Shown here piece by piece: positions 9,521 through 19,583 of a stretch of 64,000 nt of DNA. Under the pieces are notes generated by a model. It saw only the letters and a program-made list of their open reading frames with translations, searched no databases and had not been told where the DNA came from. Numbering within the stretch: position 1 is the stretch's first letter; every line of letters starts with the position of its first letter. The stretch is from assembly GCA_964404445.1 (NCBI GenBank), contig CAYOJW010000009.1:1-64000 (forward strand). Reading direction: 5' to 3'. This DNA comes from an uncultured Roseivirgaceae bacterium. GTDB lineage: Bacteria > Bacteroidota > Bacteroidia > Cytophagales > Cyclobacteriaceae. The translations under genes were made by a program, and so were the position numbers.

Positions 9521-10237
9521 ATGAGAAAAACTGCATTATTACCAGTGCTGATACTGGTTCTTCAACCTTGCTTTGCTCAACATTCCGACAGCATTTTTCT
9601 TACAGCGAATACATTCAGCAAGTCTTTGTTTCCTAAAAACAAGTTCGTTCTTAAACCGCATTACTATCCGGCCACGTTAATTGCTTCGGGCTTTGCGTTG
9701 AGTGGGAATCACCCGGAGTCCGTTAAAAACGAAATCGTTGAAGAGCGGAACGAACATTTAAGTAATTTCAGAACGCACGTAGATGATTATTTACAATTCA
9801 GCCCGATAGCCATCGCGTACGGACTTGACGCATTTGGTGTTAAATCCAAAACCGATATACAAAACCGAACGGTAATTTTAATAAAAGGAGAATTATGCGT
9901 TGGTCTGGTTACACAAGTTTTAAAACGCACCACGCACGTACAGCGACCCGATTTTTCAGATTATCATTCGTTCCCTTCGGGGCACACTGCTCAGGCTTTT
10001 GCCGCAGCAACCTTTTTGAGCGAAGAATACGGACACCGGTTTAAGTGGATGCCTTATGTTTCATACGGCATAGCCACATCGGTCGGCTTTTTGCGAATGG
10101 CAAACAACAAACATTACATAAGCGATGTGTTGGTAGGCGCTGGCATAGGCGTTTTATCCATGAAAGTTTCGTACTGGACGCACCAATACAAGTGGAACAA
10201 AAAGAGAAATTCAAACTTTCTTCGAAATCGGAAATAA
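9521..10237 (+). CDS. PAP2 superfamily phosphatase with signal peptide
   Basis: KRTTHVQRPD (KxxxxxxRP), FPSGHT (PSGH) and RMANNKHYISDV (SRxxxxxHxxxD-like): the three PAP2 motifs. Confidence 0.75.
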   Translation: MRKTALLPVLILVLQPCFAQHSDSIFLTANTFSKSLFPKNKFVLKPHYYPATLIASGFALSGNHPESVKNEIVEERNEHLSNFRTHVDDYLQFSPIAIAYGLDAFGVKSKTDIQNRTVILIKGELCVGLVTQVLKRTTHVQRPDFSDYHSFPSGHTAQAFAAATFLSEEYGHRFKWMPYVSYGIATSVGFLRMANNKHYISDVLVGAGIGVLSMKVSYWTHQYKWNKKRNSNFLRNRK

Positions 10238-10268
10238 ACTTTGATTCATAAACTTAAAAACTATTCAC

Positions 10269-10685
10269 ATGAAACAATTAGCAATTCTTCTGATCGCAGT
10301 GATGATGGCATCATGCACCAACGCACAAAAAGTAAAAGACAAAGAAGTTCCGGCAGTTGTAAAATCGGCTTTGCAGAAAAGCTATCCCAACGCCAAGGAG
10401 TTGAGCTGGGAAAAAGAAAACGACAACTACGAAGCATCGTTTGAAGTGGACGATACTGATTATTCGCTGCTGATTGACGCTTCGGGCAATATTCTTGAAA
10501 CAGAAGTTGAAATAAACATTGATGAACTTCCTGCAAAAACGAAAGCGTACATTTCTCAAAACCATGCAGGGCAGAAAATAAAAGAAGCCGCAAAAATCAC
10601 TAACAGTAAAGGTGTTGTTACTTACGAAGTCGAAATCAAAGGCAAAGACTTAATTTTTGACAGCAATGGGGATTTATTAAAGTAG
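10269..10685 (+). CDS. PepSY-like (putative beta-lactamase-inhibitor-like) lipoprotein
   Basis: Lipobox LIAVMMASC; two tandem ~60-aa halves each ending in a YEVEIKGKD-like motif. Confidence 0.5.
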   Translation: MKQLAILLIAVMMASCTNAQKVKDKEVPAVVKSALQKSYPNAKELSWEKENDNYEASFEVDDTDYSLLIDASGNILETEVEINIDELPAKTKAYISQNHAGQKIKEAAKITNSKGVVTYEVEIKGKDLIFDSNGDLLK

Positions 10686-10712
10686 AAACGAAGGAGGGGA
10701 AATAAAAAGGTA

Positions 10713-13136
10713 ATGATTAAAATAACATCAAGAATAATATTCATCATAAAAGCATTTGTCTTTTTTTCTTTTAGTGTTTCATTCGCACAAACCACATCGG
10801 CAACACTTTCGGGCATTGTAAAAGACAAGAAAAATAAAACCGCTTTACCGTTTGTAAACATTGTTTTAAAAACGGAAAAAGACAGCGCATTTGTAACCGG
10901 AACCGTTACCAACGAAGAAGGCCGATTCACGCTTTCAGGCGTTAAGCCCAACCATTATTTATTGGAAGTTTCTTTTATCGGCTACACTACCAAACGGCAA
11001 TTGCTTTTCGTGGGAAACCTTTCCGAATTTCTGGATATAACAACGGTTGAATTGGAAGAAAACATAACCACACTATCGGAAGTAGTTGTTACCGGCAAGC
11101 AGGATGACGTAAGCGAACAAATGGATAAGAAAACGTACTCTATCGAAAACAATATCAGTCAAAGTGGCGGTTCTGTTTTGCAGGCCGTGCAAAATTTACC
11201 GGGTATTACCGTTCAGGACGGCAAAGTGCAATTACGCGGTAACGATAAAGTAACCATTCTCATTGACGGCAAACAAACAGCATTAACCGGCTTTGGTAGC
11301 CAAACCGGGTTAGACAATATTCCGTCTTCATCCATCGAAAAAATTGAAATCATTAATAATCCATCCTCAAAATATGATGCCAACGGAAACGCAGGGATTA
11401 TCAATATCATAATGAAGAAAAACAAACAAGAGGGCTTTAACGGAAAAGTTGGTTTCACAACAGGTCTGGGCGCTTTATGGATCCGCAAAGAAAACCTACC
11501 CACGATAAGGCCGCAATACCGGGCTACACCTAAAGTAAATCCTTCGCTTACGCTCAACTACCGGAAAAATAAAGTGAATGTATTTTTACAGGCCGATAAC
11601 TTATATACCGAAACACTCAACAAAAATGAATTTGTAACCCGCACGTACGATGACGGAATCATCATCAAACAACAATTAAAGCGAAACCGCAACACCAATT
11701 TCTTTACATCAAAAGCGGGAGTAGATTGGCATATCGATGAACACAATACATTAACCGTTTCGGGTTTGTTCGGAAGCGAAAAAATAATTGACCGGGGCGA
11801 CCAGCCGTTTTTTAATACTGACTTATCAGAGAGGCTTCGGCTTTGGCAATTTTTTGAAGATGAGTTGAAAACAACCGTCATGGCAACAGCAGCCTATCAG
11901 CATAAGTTTAAGCAGGCAGGGCATTTATTGAATGTAGGTTTCAATTACACGTTTCACCGCGAAGACGAAAAATATTTCTATGACAATTACTTGCCATCAT
12001 CAACCGGAACGGACGCTTTCAAATTACTTTCGGATGAGCAGGTTTATGATTTCAATCTCGATTACATAAAACCCTTGAAGCACGGACGAATTGAAACAGG
12101 CATAAAGCTGCGCAACAGGATTATCCCCACAAACATGGATTTCAGACCCGGTGAAAATTCCGTGCTGGATGTAAGCGCAGGCGGTTGGGCTACGTACAAA
12201 GAATTGATACCCGCATTGTATAGCAACTATGTTTTTGAAAATACAACGTGGGAAGCAGAGTTAGGATTAAGAGTAGAGTATGTGAACATCAACTGTGAAG
12301 TAAACCCCGATCACAGCACTTACAAAAGTGACGGATACGATTACACACAGCCGTTTCCTAATTTCAGGTTAGCGTATAAAATCAATGACGCAAACAAACT
12401 TTCATTGTTCTACAACCGAAGAGTTGACCGACCGAATGAAGTGGACATTCGTATTTTCCCTAAGTACGATGACGCTGAAATAATTAAAGTCGGAAACCCT
12501 GCATTACGACCACAGTTTACCAACGCAGTTGAGTTAGGCTATAAAACAAGCTGGCAAAACGGCTATTTTTATTCAGGCGTATATCACCGCTTTGCCGATG
12601 GCACAATAACAAGGATTTCAACGATCGTTCCTAACAACACATTGATTTATGCCATATTTCAAAATGCGGGGAAAAGTCGGAACACAGGTTTGGAAATCGT
12701 GCTTTCGCAGGACATTGCAAAATGGTATGCGTTCAATTTCAATGCGAACGTTTACTACAACCAAATAGATGCTTTCACAGTTGAGAATCTATACCCAACT
12801 CCGCATACATTTTCAGCCGGCAAACAAACAATCTATTCGGGCAATGTAAAACTGAATAACAATTTTCATCTGCCCAAAAAATTTGAAATGCAGGTTACAG
12901 CAGTCTGGTTAGCGCCCGACATTATCCCCCAAGGAAAAATTGCTCAACGGTTTTCGTTAGATTTGGGAGTTAAGAAATCCATTCAAAAAGGGAAAGGCGA
13001 ATTGTTTTTCAATGCCAACGACTTGTTGAATACCATGATTATCAAAAAAGACATTCAGGGCAATGGTTTCAATTACACGACTTCCGATTATTACGAAACA
13101 CAGGTCGTTCGCTTAGGGTACAGTTACAAATTTTAA
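10713..13136 (+). CDS. TonB-dependent outer-membrane receptor with an N-terminal carboxypeptidase-regulatory-like domain
   Basis: Signal peptide, CarbopepD_reg-like N-terminus (ATLSGIVKDKKNKTALPFVNIVL), plug region, long beta-barrel, C-terminal ...LGYSYKF ending in an aromatic residue. Confidence 0.75.
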   Translation: MIKITSRIIFIIKAFVFFSFSVSFAQTTSATLSGIVKDKKNKTALPFVNIVLKTEKDSAFVTGTVTNEEGRFTLSGVKPNHYLLEVSFIGYTTKRQLLFVGNLSEFLDITTVELEENITTLSEVVVTGKQDDVSEQMDKKTYSIENNISQSGGSVLQAVQNLPGITVQDGKVQLRGNDKVTILIDGKQTALTGFGSQTGLDNIPSSSIEKIEIINNPSSKYDANGNAGIINIIMKKNKQEGFNGKVGFTTGLGALWIRKENLPTIRPQYRATPKVNPSLTLNYRKNKVNVFLQADNLYTETLNKNEFVTRTYDDGIIIKQQLKRNRNTNFFTSKAGVDWHIDEHNTLTVSGLFGSEKIIDRGDQPFFNTDLSERLRLWQFFEDELKTTVMATAAYQHKFKQAGHLLNVGFNYTFHREDEKYFYDNYLPSSTGTDAFKLLSDEQVYDFNLDYIKPLKHGRIETGIKLRNRIIPTNMDFRPGENSVLDVSAGGWATYKELIPALYSNYVFENTTWEAELGLRVEYVNINCEVNPDHSTYKSDGYDYTQPFPNFRLAYKINDANKLSLFYNRRVDRPNEVDIRIFPKYDDAEIIKVGNPALRPQFTNAVELGYKTSWQNGYFYSGVYHRFADGTITRISTIVPNNTLIYAIFQNAGKSRNTGLEIVLSQDIAKWYAFNFNANVYYNQIDAFTVENLYPTPHTFSAGKQTIYSGNVKLNNNFHLPKKFEMQVTAVWLAPDIIPQGKIAQRFSLDLGVKKSIQKGKGELFFNANDLLNTMIIKKDIQGNGFNYTTSDYYETQVVRLGYSYKF

Positions 13137-13140
13137 AACT

Positions 13141-13554
13141 ATGTGGTGGATTTATGCAATACTATCAGCCCTGTTTGCATCGCTCACAGCAATTTTTGCC
13201 AAGCTGGGTGTTGCAAACATTAATTCAAATCTTGCAACAGGCGTTAGAACAATTGTTGTGCTTATCATGATCTGGACAATTACACTTGCACGAGGTGAAG
13301 CAAAAGGGATCAGCACGTTATCGAAACAAAACATTATCTTCTTAATTATTTCAGGAGTTGCCACAGGCTTATCGTGGATATTTTATTTTAAAGCCCTGCA
13401 AGTTGGCAATGTTTCGCAAGTGGCAGCCATCGACAAACTTAGTGTAGCCCTCACCATAATTCTTGCGATTATTTTCTTAGGTGAACCGCTTACTTTGAAA
13501 ACAGCAATCGGTGCAGGCTTAATTATCGCAGGGACTTTGGTTATGATTTCGTAA
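13141..13554 (+). CDS. EamA/DMT-family small membrane transporter
   Basis: 137 aa, 4 predicted TM helices, glycine-rich EamA-like motifs. Confidence 0.55.
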   Translation: MWWIYAILSALFASLTAIFAKLGVANINSNLATGVRTIVVLIMIWTITLARGEAKGISTLSKQNIIFLIISGVATGLSWIFYFKALQVGNVSQVAAIDKLSVALTIILAIIFLGEPLTLKTAIGAGLIIAGTLVMIS

Positions 13555-13590
13555 GTATAGAAATCTCAACTTACAAGACAAGAAAATAAA

Positions 13591-13624
13591 AAAGCCCCGC
13601 GAAATCTTCATTCCACAGGGCTTT
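13591..13624. terminator. Hairpin (7-bp stem AAAGCCC/GGGCTTT) between convergent genes; possible bidirectional terminator
   Basis: Inverted repeat seen directly; A-rich upstream and T-rich downstream. Confidence 0.4.
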
Positions 13625-13645
13625 CACTTTTAATTCAATCACATC

Positions 13646-15661
13646 TTACCAAACCACAATCCGTTCGTTTTCGGGTTTATACATTTTATCGCCTTCTTTC
13701 ACATCAAACGCTTCGTAGAATGGTGTAAAGTTCATGAGCGGGCCGTTTACACGCCACTTGGCCGGTGAGTGTGGATTGGTGTTTACATACATACGCAAAA
13801 ACTCATCTCTTGTTTTCACGCGCCATATCCGCGCAATCGAAATAAAGAAACGCTGGTCGGGTGTGAAGCCGTCTAACTTCTCATTGCTTTGTCCCTGTTC
13901 CGTTAGTTTAAAGGCATCGTAGGCAATGGCTATCCCTGCAATGTCGGCCGTGTTCTCGCCTACTGTTAACGCGCCTTTCACGTGTACCGAATCCAACACG
14001 GTAAACTGGTTGTACTGATCAATCACTTGTTGCGTACGGGCTTTGAATTTTTCAAAATCATCTTTCGTCCACCAGTTTTTCACGTTGCCGTTTTTATCAA
14101 ACTGCGCACCCTGATCATCGAACGAGTGTGTGATCTCATGACCGATTACCATACCAATGCCGCCATAGTTCAACGCATCATCGGCATACAAATCGAAATA
14201 CGGAGGTTGTAAAATGCCTGCAGGGAAAACAATTTCGTTTAGCGGAGGGTTGTTGTAAGCCGTTACCGTAGGCGGAGTAGTGTGCCACTCGGTGCGATCG
14301 ACCGGCTGACCGATTTTCGCAATGTTATAGCGGTAGTTATTTTCGTTGGCCGATAAGCGGTTCTCAAAATATGTGTCGCGTTTTACCTCCACATCCGAGT
14401 AATCGCGCCACTTATCCGGGTAACCGATTTTCTCAGTAAAGGCATAGAGTTTTTCTTTTGCTTTGGTTTTGGTGGAATCGCTCATCCAGTCTAAGTTATC
14501 GATGCGCGTTTCAAAAGCTTTTTTCAGATTATCAACCAGCACACGCATACGTTGTTTGGCTTCTTCCGGAAAATATTTTTTCACATACAACTGTGCCAAT
14601 GCGTGCCCCAGCGAGCGATCGACCGCTTCGGTAATCTCTTCCGCACGCGGTTTCTGCACGGCCTGTCCGGTTAAGATTTTTGAATACGCAAACGATACAT
14701 CTGAAAACGGCTTGCTTAAAAAATTAGCAAACGTGTTGATGGATTTCGCTTTCAGGTAAATTTTCCAGTCGTTAATGGAAACAGATTTCAACAGTTTATT
14801 GAGTTGATCGTAATAAGCAGGTTGTTGCATATTCACCGAATCTACTTTCGCACCCAGGTTGTCAAGCAACGTAGCCCAGCCAATGTCAGGTTGTTTTTTG
14901 GCAATATCGGCAACGGCTAATTTGTTGTAGTTCGTCTGCACATTTCTGCGTTCGATATTCGTTTTGTGCGATGTGGCTAATTGCTTCTCAATTCCATAAA
15001 CCACTTCAGCATTTTTTGTTGCGGCAGCGGCATCCGAGCCGGTTAATTCAAACAACGCGGCAATGTATTTTTTATACGCTGTTTGAATGGCTACGGTAGA
15101 TGAATCGCTTCTGAAATAATAATCGCGTTCAGGCAGACCAATTCCGGTTTGCGACAGGTTTACAATGTTTACCGAACTTCGCCTCGAATCGGGACCAACA
15201 TAAAATCCAATGATGGAACCATTGCCTACCTTTTGTTCTTCGGCCACAAATTTTATCAATGAAGGCACATCGGGAATGGCATCAATGTGTGTCAGCGTGG
15301 GTTTGATCGGTTCGTAACCACGTTTGTTAATGGTTGCCGTGTCTATTCCCGAAGCATAAAAATCCCCAACTTTTTGTTCAATGCTTCCTGCCGCATTATT
15401 AGCTTGCGAAACACTGTCTAATATCCCTTGCATACGGATGCGTTGCGGAAAGTTCAAAAATGAATACGAACCTACACCAGTTTGACTGGCCGGTATTTGT
15501 ACGCTGTCGTACCATATTCCGTTAACGTAAGTAAAGAAATCATCGCCCGGTTTTTTGGTTTCGTCAATGCCGGTTATCACAACACGCTTTTCATCGGCCG
15601 CTTGTTTGCCACAGGCTACGGCCAACAATAACATAACTAAAAAATAACAGAGTTTTTTCAT
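13646..15661 (-). CDS. M13 family metallopeptidase (neprilysin/PepO-like), lipoprotein
   Basis: HEITHSFD zinc-binding HExxH, NAYY and GENIAD motifs; lipobox LLAVACG. Confidence 0.85.
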   Translation of the reverse strand: MKKLCYFLVMLLLAVACGKQAADEKRVVITGIDETKKPGDDFFTYVNGIWYDSVQIPASQTGVGSYSFLNFPQRIRMQGILDSVSQANNAAGSIEQKVGDFYASGIDTATINKRGYEPIKPTLTHIDAIPDVPSLIKFVAEEQKVGNGSIIGFYVGPDSRRSSVNIVNLSQTGIGLPERDYYFRSDSSTVAIQTAYKKYIAALFELTGSDAAAATKNAEVVYGIEKQLATSHKTNIERRNVQTNYNKLAVADIAKKQPDIGWATLLDNLGAKVDSVNMQQPAYYDQLNKLLKSVSINDWKIYLKAKSINTFANFLSKPFSDVSFAYSKILTGQAVQKPRAEEITEAVDRSLGHALAQLYVKKYFPEEAKQRMRVLVDNLKKAFETRIDNLDWMSDSTKTKAKEKLYAFTEKIGYPDKWRDYSDVEVKRDTYFENRLSANENNYRYNIAKIGQPVDRTEWHTTPPTVTAYNNPPLNEIVFPAGILQPPYFDLYADDALNYGGIGMVIGHEITHSFDDQGAQFDKNGNVKNWWTKDDFEKFKARTQQVIDQYNQFTVLDSVHVKGALTVGENTADIAGIAIAYDAFKLTEQGQSNEKLDGFTPDQRFFISIARIWRVKTRDEFLRMYVNTNPHSPAKWRVNGPLMNFTPFYEAFDVKEGDKMYKPENERIVVW

Positions 15662-15973
15662 GGTGAGGAGGTTTATCGGTAAATCGTATGGTTAGTTAAG
15701 GTGAAAGTTGTCTTTAAAATCAACCGCGAACAACCTCGATTTTATCGTTTACGTACCGGTTGGGTTAAACGGTTATTAAAAGGTATAAAGCGGTACGGAG
15801 CAACCTTAATCTTCAGGAAACAGGCATTTCTAACCACAAACGTAACTTCACACCATAGAATGCGTTCAAAAACCGAAACTGTTAACCATGTCAAAATACA
15901 CTTCACCGCTTTTTTATTTTAGATTAACAGAGGGCATGAATGTTGTGTGAGAAAAATGTTGTAAACTTATCCA

Positions 15974-16600
15974 ATGGTGCGCATTGTACTCTTACTGTTA
16001 CTGGGTATGCTTTCACACGTAGTGACAGGTCAAAGCCCTGCCTCGCCTGTCGCGTATGAAGTTGTGCGGCAAGACCCTAAAATTACGTTGTACGAACGCT
16101 GGACTGATTTTCCGGGCACAACTACCAAAGCCCGCGACTTAAAAATTGTCTTTTATGCGAACGTAACACCCGAAAAAATGTTCGCCATGGTTACGGAAGA
16201 AAAAAATCTCAAAACGTGGCAGAAAAACCTGGAAGAGTATAAAACATACCCACATACGGACGATACCCACTGGTATGTATATAGCTATTTTAAAATGCCC
16301 TGGCCGCTCACCAACCAGGATTATTACGCCCGTTACCATGTAGTGAGCAAATCGGCAGTTAAAATCGTGCTTGAATTTTCGCCTGCCGAAAACCTAAAAA
16401 CAGCCCCGTTGCGCGATAAGGTAGATCGTATGCCAGCGTACGGAAAGTGGGTGATTGAGAAAACCTCCAGCGGGAAATCGAAGGTAACTTATACCATTAC
16501 CGGTAAACCGGTGAACGTTCCGCGTGCCGTTACCGATAACTTAGTGCGCAACAATTTTATGAACACCATCAACGAGCTGATTACCGTTGCCGAGAAATGA
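15974..16600 (+). CDS. Secreted START/SRPBCC-like lipid-binding domain protein
   Basis: Signal peptide; length and hydrophobic pattern fit a START-like domain; weak call. Confidence 0.4.
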   Translation: MVRIVLLLLLGMLSHVVTGQSPASPVAYEVVRQDPKITLYERWTDFPGTTTKARDLKIVFYANVTPEKMFAMVTEEKNLKTWQKNLEEYKTYPHTDDTHWYVYSYFKMPWPLTNQDYYARYHVVSKSAVKIVLEFSPAENLKTAPLRDKVDRMPAYGKWVIEKTSSGKSKVTYTITGKPVNVPRAVTDNLVRNNFMNTINELITVAEK

Positions 16601-16622
16601 GAGAATTCACTATATTAGGAGC

Positions 16623-17276
16623 ATGAAAAAAACCGCTACACTCTTTGTTTTATGCCTGATCGCGCTGAGTGCATATAGTCAGGAGTCGCGCCCGTTTGAA
16701 AATGAAGTTAAAAATCTCGTTGCAAAAGATTCGCTCATTACAAACCGACAAAACATTATCCTGTTCACGGGCAGTTCAAGCATTGCTTACTGGAAAGATG
16801 TGCAGGATTACTTTCCGGAACATAACGTAGTAAACCGTGGCTTTGGCGGATCAACCATGCGCGATCTGGTGTATTACACACCCCAGGTGATCATCCCCTA
16901 CAACCCGAAAACTATTTTCATTTACGAAGGCGATAACGATGTTAACGCAGGCCATAGCCTGAAAAATATTCTCGCTTCTGCCGATACCGTACTGGCCGCC
17001 ATCCGCACACATTTTCCGCCAACGGTAAAAGTTTATTTCATTGCCGCAAAACCCAGTGTGGCGCGCTGGCATCTGCAAAAACAGTACATCGGCTACAACA
17101 AAGCCTTAAAAGCCTGGACAAAAAATAAAAACAACGTGTTTTTTGTTGATGTCTGGACACCGATGATGGACAAAAACGGCAACGTGCGAAAAGATTTATT
17201 CATTGACGACAACCTGCACATGAATAAAAAAGGATACGCGATCTGGGCTGAGGTACTAAAACCTTATGTTGATTAG
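16623..17276 (+). CDS. SGNH/GDSL-family hydrolase, secreted
   Basis: ILFTGSSSIAYW (block I Ser), GGSTMRDL, and DDNLHMNKKGY (DxxH block V). The track start 16587 overlaps the upstream stop; MKKTATLF at 16623 gives a signal peptide. Confidence 0.7.
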   Translation: MKKTATLFVLCLIALSAYSQESRPFENEVKNLVAKDSLITNRQNIILFTGSSSIAYWKDVQDYFPEHNVVNRGFGGSTMRDLVYYTPQVIIPYNPKTIFIYEGDNDVNAGHSLKNILASADTVLAAIRTHFPPTVKVYFIAAKPSVARWHLQKQYIGYNKALKAWTKNKNNVFFVDVWTPMMDKNGNVRKDLFIDDNLHMNKKGYAIWAEVLKPYVD

Positions 17277-17391
17277 ATAACATTGTATCGCCCGGTGTAT
17301 TACCCACTTGCGCAACATTTTTATTTTTTATATCTTCCGAAAACCGGGTTACAACAAAAGTAACCTGCCAATAAACCGCTAAAAAATAACC

Positions 17392-17952
17392 ATGTTCGAA
17401 AACTTAGACCCCTTGCTCAGGATTTTCTGGTTCGTGGCCATACCCGCCAGCCTGATTTTTATCATCCAAACCATTATGACATTTATCGGTGTTGACTCGG
17501 CCGATGGCGTTGAAGCCGATTTTGATGGCGACCTGAGCGGTGCCGATGCACCTTTCCAGCTATTCTCGCTGCGCAACCTCATTAATTTTATGTTAGGTTT
17601 TAGTTGGACAGGTATATCGTTTTTTAATACCATCGAAAGCAAACCCCTGCTGATTACCTTAGCCGTTGCGGTAGGCTGCCTGTTTGTTTATGTTTTCTTT
17701 TTGATCATCCGGCAGGTTCAAAAATTAGCCGAAGACAACTCGTTTAATATTTCCAACACGTTGAACAAAACAGCCGAAGTATATCTGACCATTCCCGAAC
17801 GCAAAACGGGTAAAGGAAAAGTTATGGTCAGTGTAAAGGGCTCTTTTCACGAACTCGATGCCATGACAGAACACGACAAAATTCCTTCCAGCACATTGGT
17901 AAAGGTTGTTAAAATCGTAAACGGAAATGTTCTGCTTGTTGAAACGCTTTAA
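17392..17952 (+). CDS. NfeD-like membrane protein (flotillin partner)
   Basis: N-terminal TM helices plus a C-terminal OB-fold-like soluble domain; immediately upstream of the flotillin gene, as in yqiJ-yqiK-type operons. Confidence 0.55.
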   Translation: MFENLDPLLRIFWFVAIPASLIFIIQTIMTFIGVDSADGVEADFDGDLSGADAPFQLFSLRNLINFMLGFSWTGISFFNTIESKPLLITLAVAVGCLFVYVFFLIIRQVQKLAEDNSFNISNTLNKTAEVYLTIPERKTGKGKVMVSVKGSFHELDAMTEHDKIPSSTLVKVVKIVNGNVLLVETL

Positions 17953-17961
17953 TCCTAATTC

Positions 17962-17992
17962 ATAAATCGTAAATCATAAATCTTAAATCTTA
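17962..17992. repeat. Tandem heptamer microsatellite (cATAAATC gTAAATC ATAAATC tTAAATC TTAAcAC)
   Basis: Seen directly, in the 44-bp spacer between the NfeD-like and flotillin genes. Confidence 0.6.
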
Positions 17993-17996
17993 ACAC

Positions 17997-19496
17997 ATGA
18001 CCCCGGTAATTCTTATTGTAGTAGCAGCATTAGTCGTGTTTGTTACCATTTCAGCCCTTGTTTCGCGGTACAAACGCTGCCCTTCTGATAAAATATTGGT
18101 GATCTATGGCCGCACAGGCGGTTCTTCCGCCAAATGTATTCACGGAGGCGGTGCGTTTATCTGGCCTGTTATACAGGATTTCGCCTTCCTCGATTTAAAA
18201 CCTATATCGATTGACGCAAACCTTACAAATGCCCTGAGCCGCCAGAACATCCGCGTGGACGTACCTTGTCGGTTTACCATTGCCATCTCAACCGAAGCCG
18301 ACAGCATGAACGCTGCCGCAGAAAGATTGTTGGGATTAACGCACGGACAAATACAGGAACTCGCCAAAGATATTTTGTTTGGCCAGTTGCGTTTGGTGAT
18401 CGCTACCATGACCATTGAAGAGATCAACTCCGACCGCGATAAGTTTTTAGAAAACATTTCGAAAAACGTTGATACCGAATTGAAAAAGATCGGCTTAAAG
18501 CTCATCAACGTAAACGTAACCGATATTAAAGACGAATCGGGGTACATCGAAGCGTTGGGTAAAGAGGCTGCCGCTAAAGCGATCAACGAAGCGAAGATCA
18601 GCGTGGCCGAACAAGAGAAAATCGGGGAAACCGGTAAAGCCGTTGCCGACCGCGAAAAAGATACGCAGATTGCCGAAACGCACCGCGACCGCGATGTAAA
18701 AATTGCCATCACGCAAAAAGACCGTGAGATCAGCATTGCCTCTGCACAAAAAGACGAATCGATTGGTAAAGCCGAAGCCGAACGCGATACCCGTGTAAAA
18801 ACATCAGAAGCCAACGCGATTGCCATTAAAGGCGAAAACGAAGCGAAGATTGCCATCGCACAATCCGAAGCCATCCGCAGAGAAAAAGAAGCCGAAGCCT
18901 TGCGCGTAGCGTTAGCCTCCGAAAAAGTACAGCAGGCAAAAGCCCTTGAAGAAGCCTATCAGGCCGAACAAAAAGCGGAAACTGCCCGTGCCGAACGCGA
19001 GCGTTCAACACAAAACGCCAACATTGTTATACCGGCCGAAATCGCCAAGCAACGTGCTATCATCGAGGCGCAGGCTATGGCCGAGAAAATCCGCGTACAG
19101 GCAAAAGGTGAAGCCGATGCCATTTATGCCAAGATGGAAGCCGAAGCAAAAGGTTTGTTTGAAATACTAACCAAGCAGGCCGAGGGTTACAAAGAAGTGG
19201 TAAGTGCAGCCGGTGGCGACCCTACCAAGGCGTTCCAGTTATTGTTAATTGAAAAACTCCCTGACTTGGTTAAAACACAAGTGGAGGCTGTTAAAAATAT
19301 TAAAATCGATAAGATTACCGTATGGGATTCGGGCAATGCCGAAAACGGAAACGGCTCAACGGCAAATTTTGTTTCGGGCATGATGAAAACCGTTCCGCCA
19401 CTCAACGATTTGTTTAATATGGCTGGGTTAAGCTTGCCAACGTATCTGAAAGGTGAGGAAAAGAAAGAGATTCCTAAGAAAGATAAGCCTGAGTAA
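17997..19496 (+). CDS. Flotillin-like SPFH/band-7 protein
   Basis: N-terminal TM, SPFH domain, very long EA/K-rich coiled-coil (EAEA repeats); ~500 aa. Confidence 0.85.
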   Translation: MTPVILIVVAALVVFVTISALVSRYKRCPSDKILVIYGRTGGSSAKCIHGGGAFIWPVIQDFAFLDLKPISIDANLTNALSRQNIRVDVPCRFTIAISTEADSMNAAAERLLGLTHGQIQELAKDILFGQLRLVIATMTIEEINSDRDKFLENISKNVDTELKKIGLKLINVNVTDIKDESGYIEALGKEAAAKAINEAKISVAEQEKIGETGKAVADREKDTQIAETHRDRDVKIAITQKDREISIASAQKDESIGKAEAERDTRVKTSEANAIAIKGENEAKIAIAQSEAIRREKEAEALRVALASEKVQQAKALEEAYQAEQKAETARAERERSTQNANIVIPAEIAKQRAIIEAQAMAEKIRVQAKGEADAIYAKMEAEAKGLFEILTKQAEGYKEVVSAAGGDPTKAFQLLLIEKLPDLVKTQVEAVKNIKIDKITVWDSGNAENGNGSTANFVSGMMKTVPPLNDLFNMAGLSLPTYLKGEEKKEIPKKDKPE

Positions 19497-19517
19497 TGCA
19501 TTGATTCGATTTGATAA

Positions 19518-19559
19518 TTTGAAGATTAGCCGATAAACATTCAGCGATTAATCTTCAAA
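19518..19559. terminator. Hairpin (10-bp stem TTGAAGATTA/TAATCTTCAA) between convergent genes
   Basis: Perfect inverted repeat seen directly. Confidence 0.5.
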
Positions 19560-19583
19560 TTATTAAATCATCGAATTTTCAAA

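Noticed and set aside
15701-15922. 73-aa ORF in the divergent intergenic region between the M13 peptidase and START-like genes
   Set aside because: It is a basic, low-complexity translation with no RBS context, sitting in a 312-bp divergent promoter region. It is most likely spurious.
18140-18874. 244-aa minus-strand ORF antisense to the flotillin gene, plus similar long antisense ORFs inside cinA (45582..46268) and the ALDH gene (41754..42128)
   Set aside because: They lie wholly within well-supported genes on the opposite strand and have low-complexity Ala/Ser/Arg-rich translations typical of antisense frames of GC-skewed coding DNA. The flotillin repeat region produces a stop-free antisense frame by chance.
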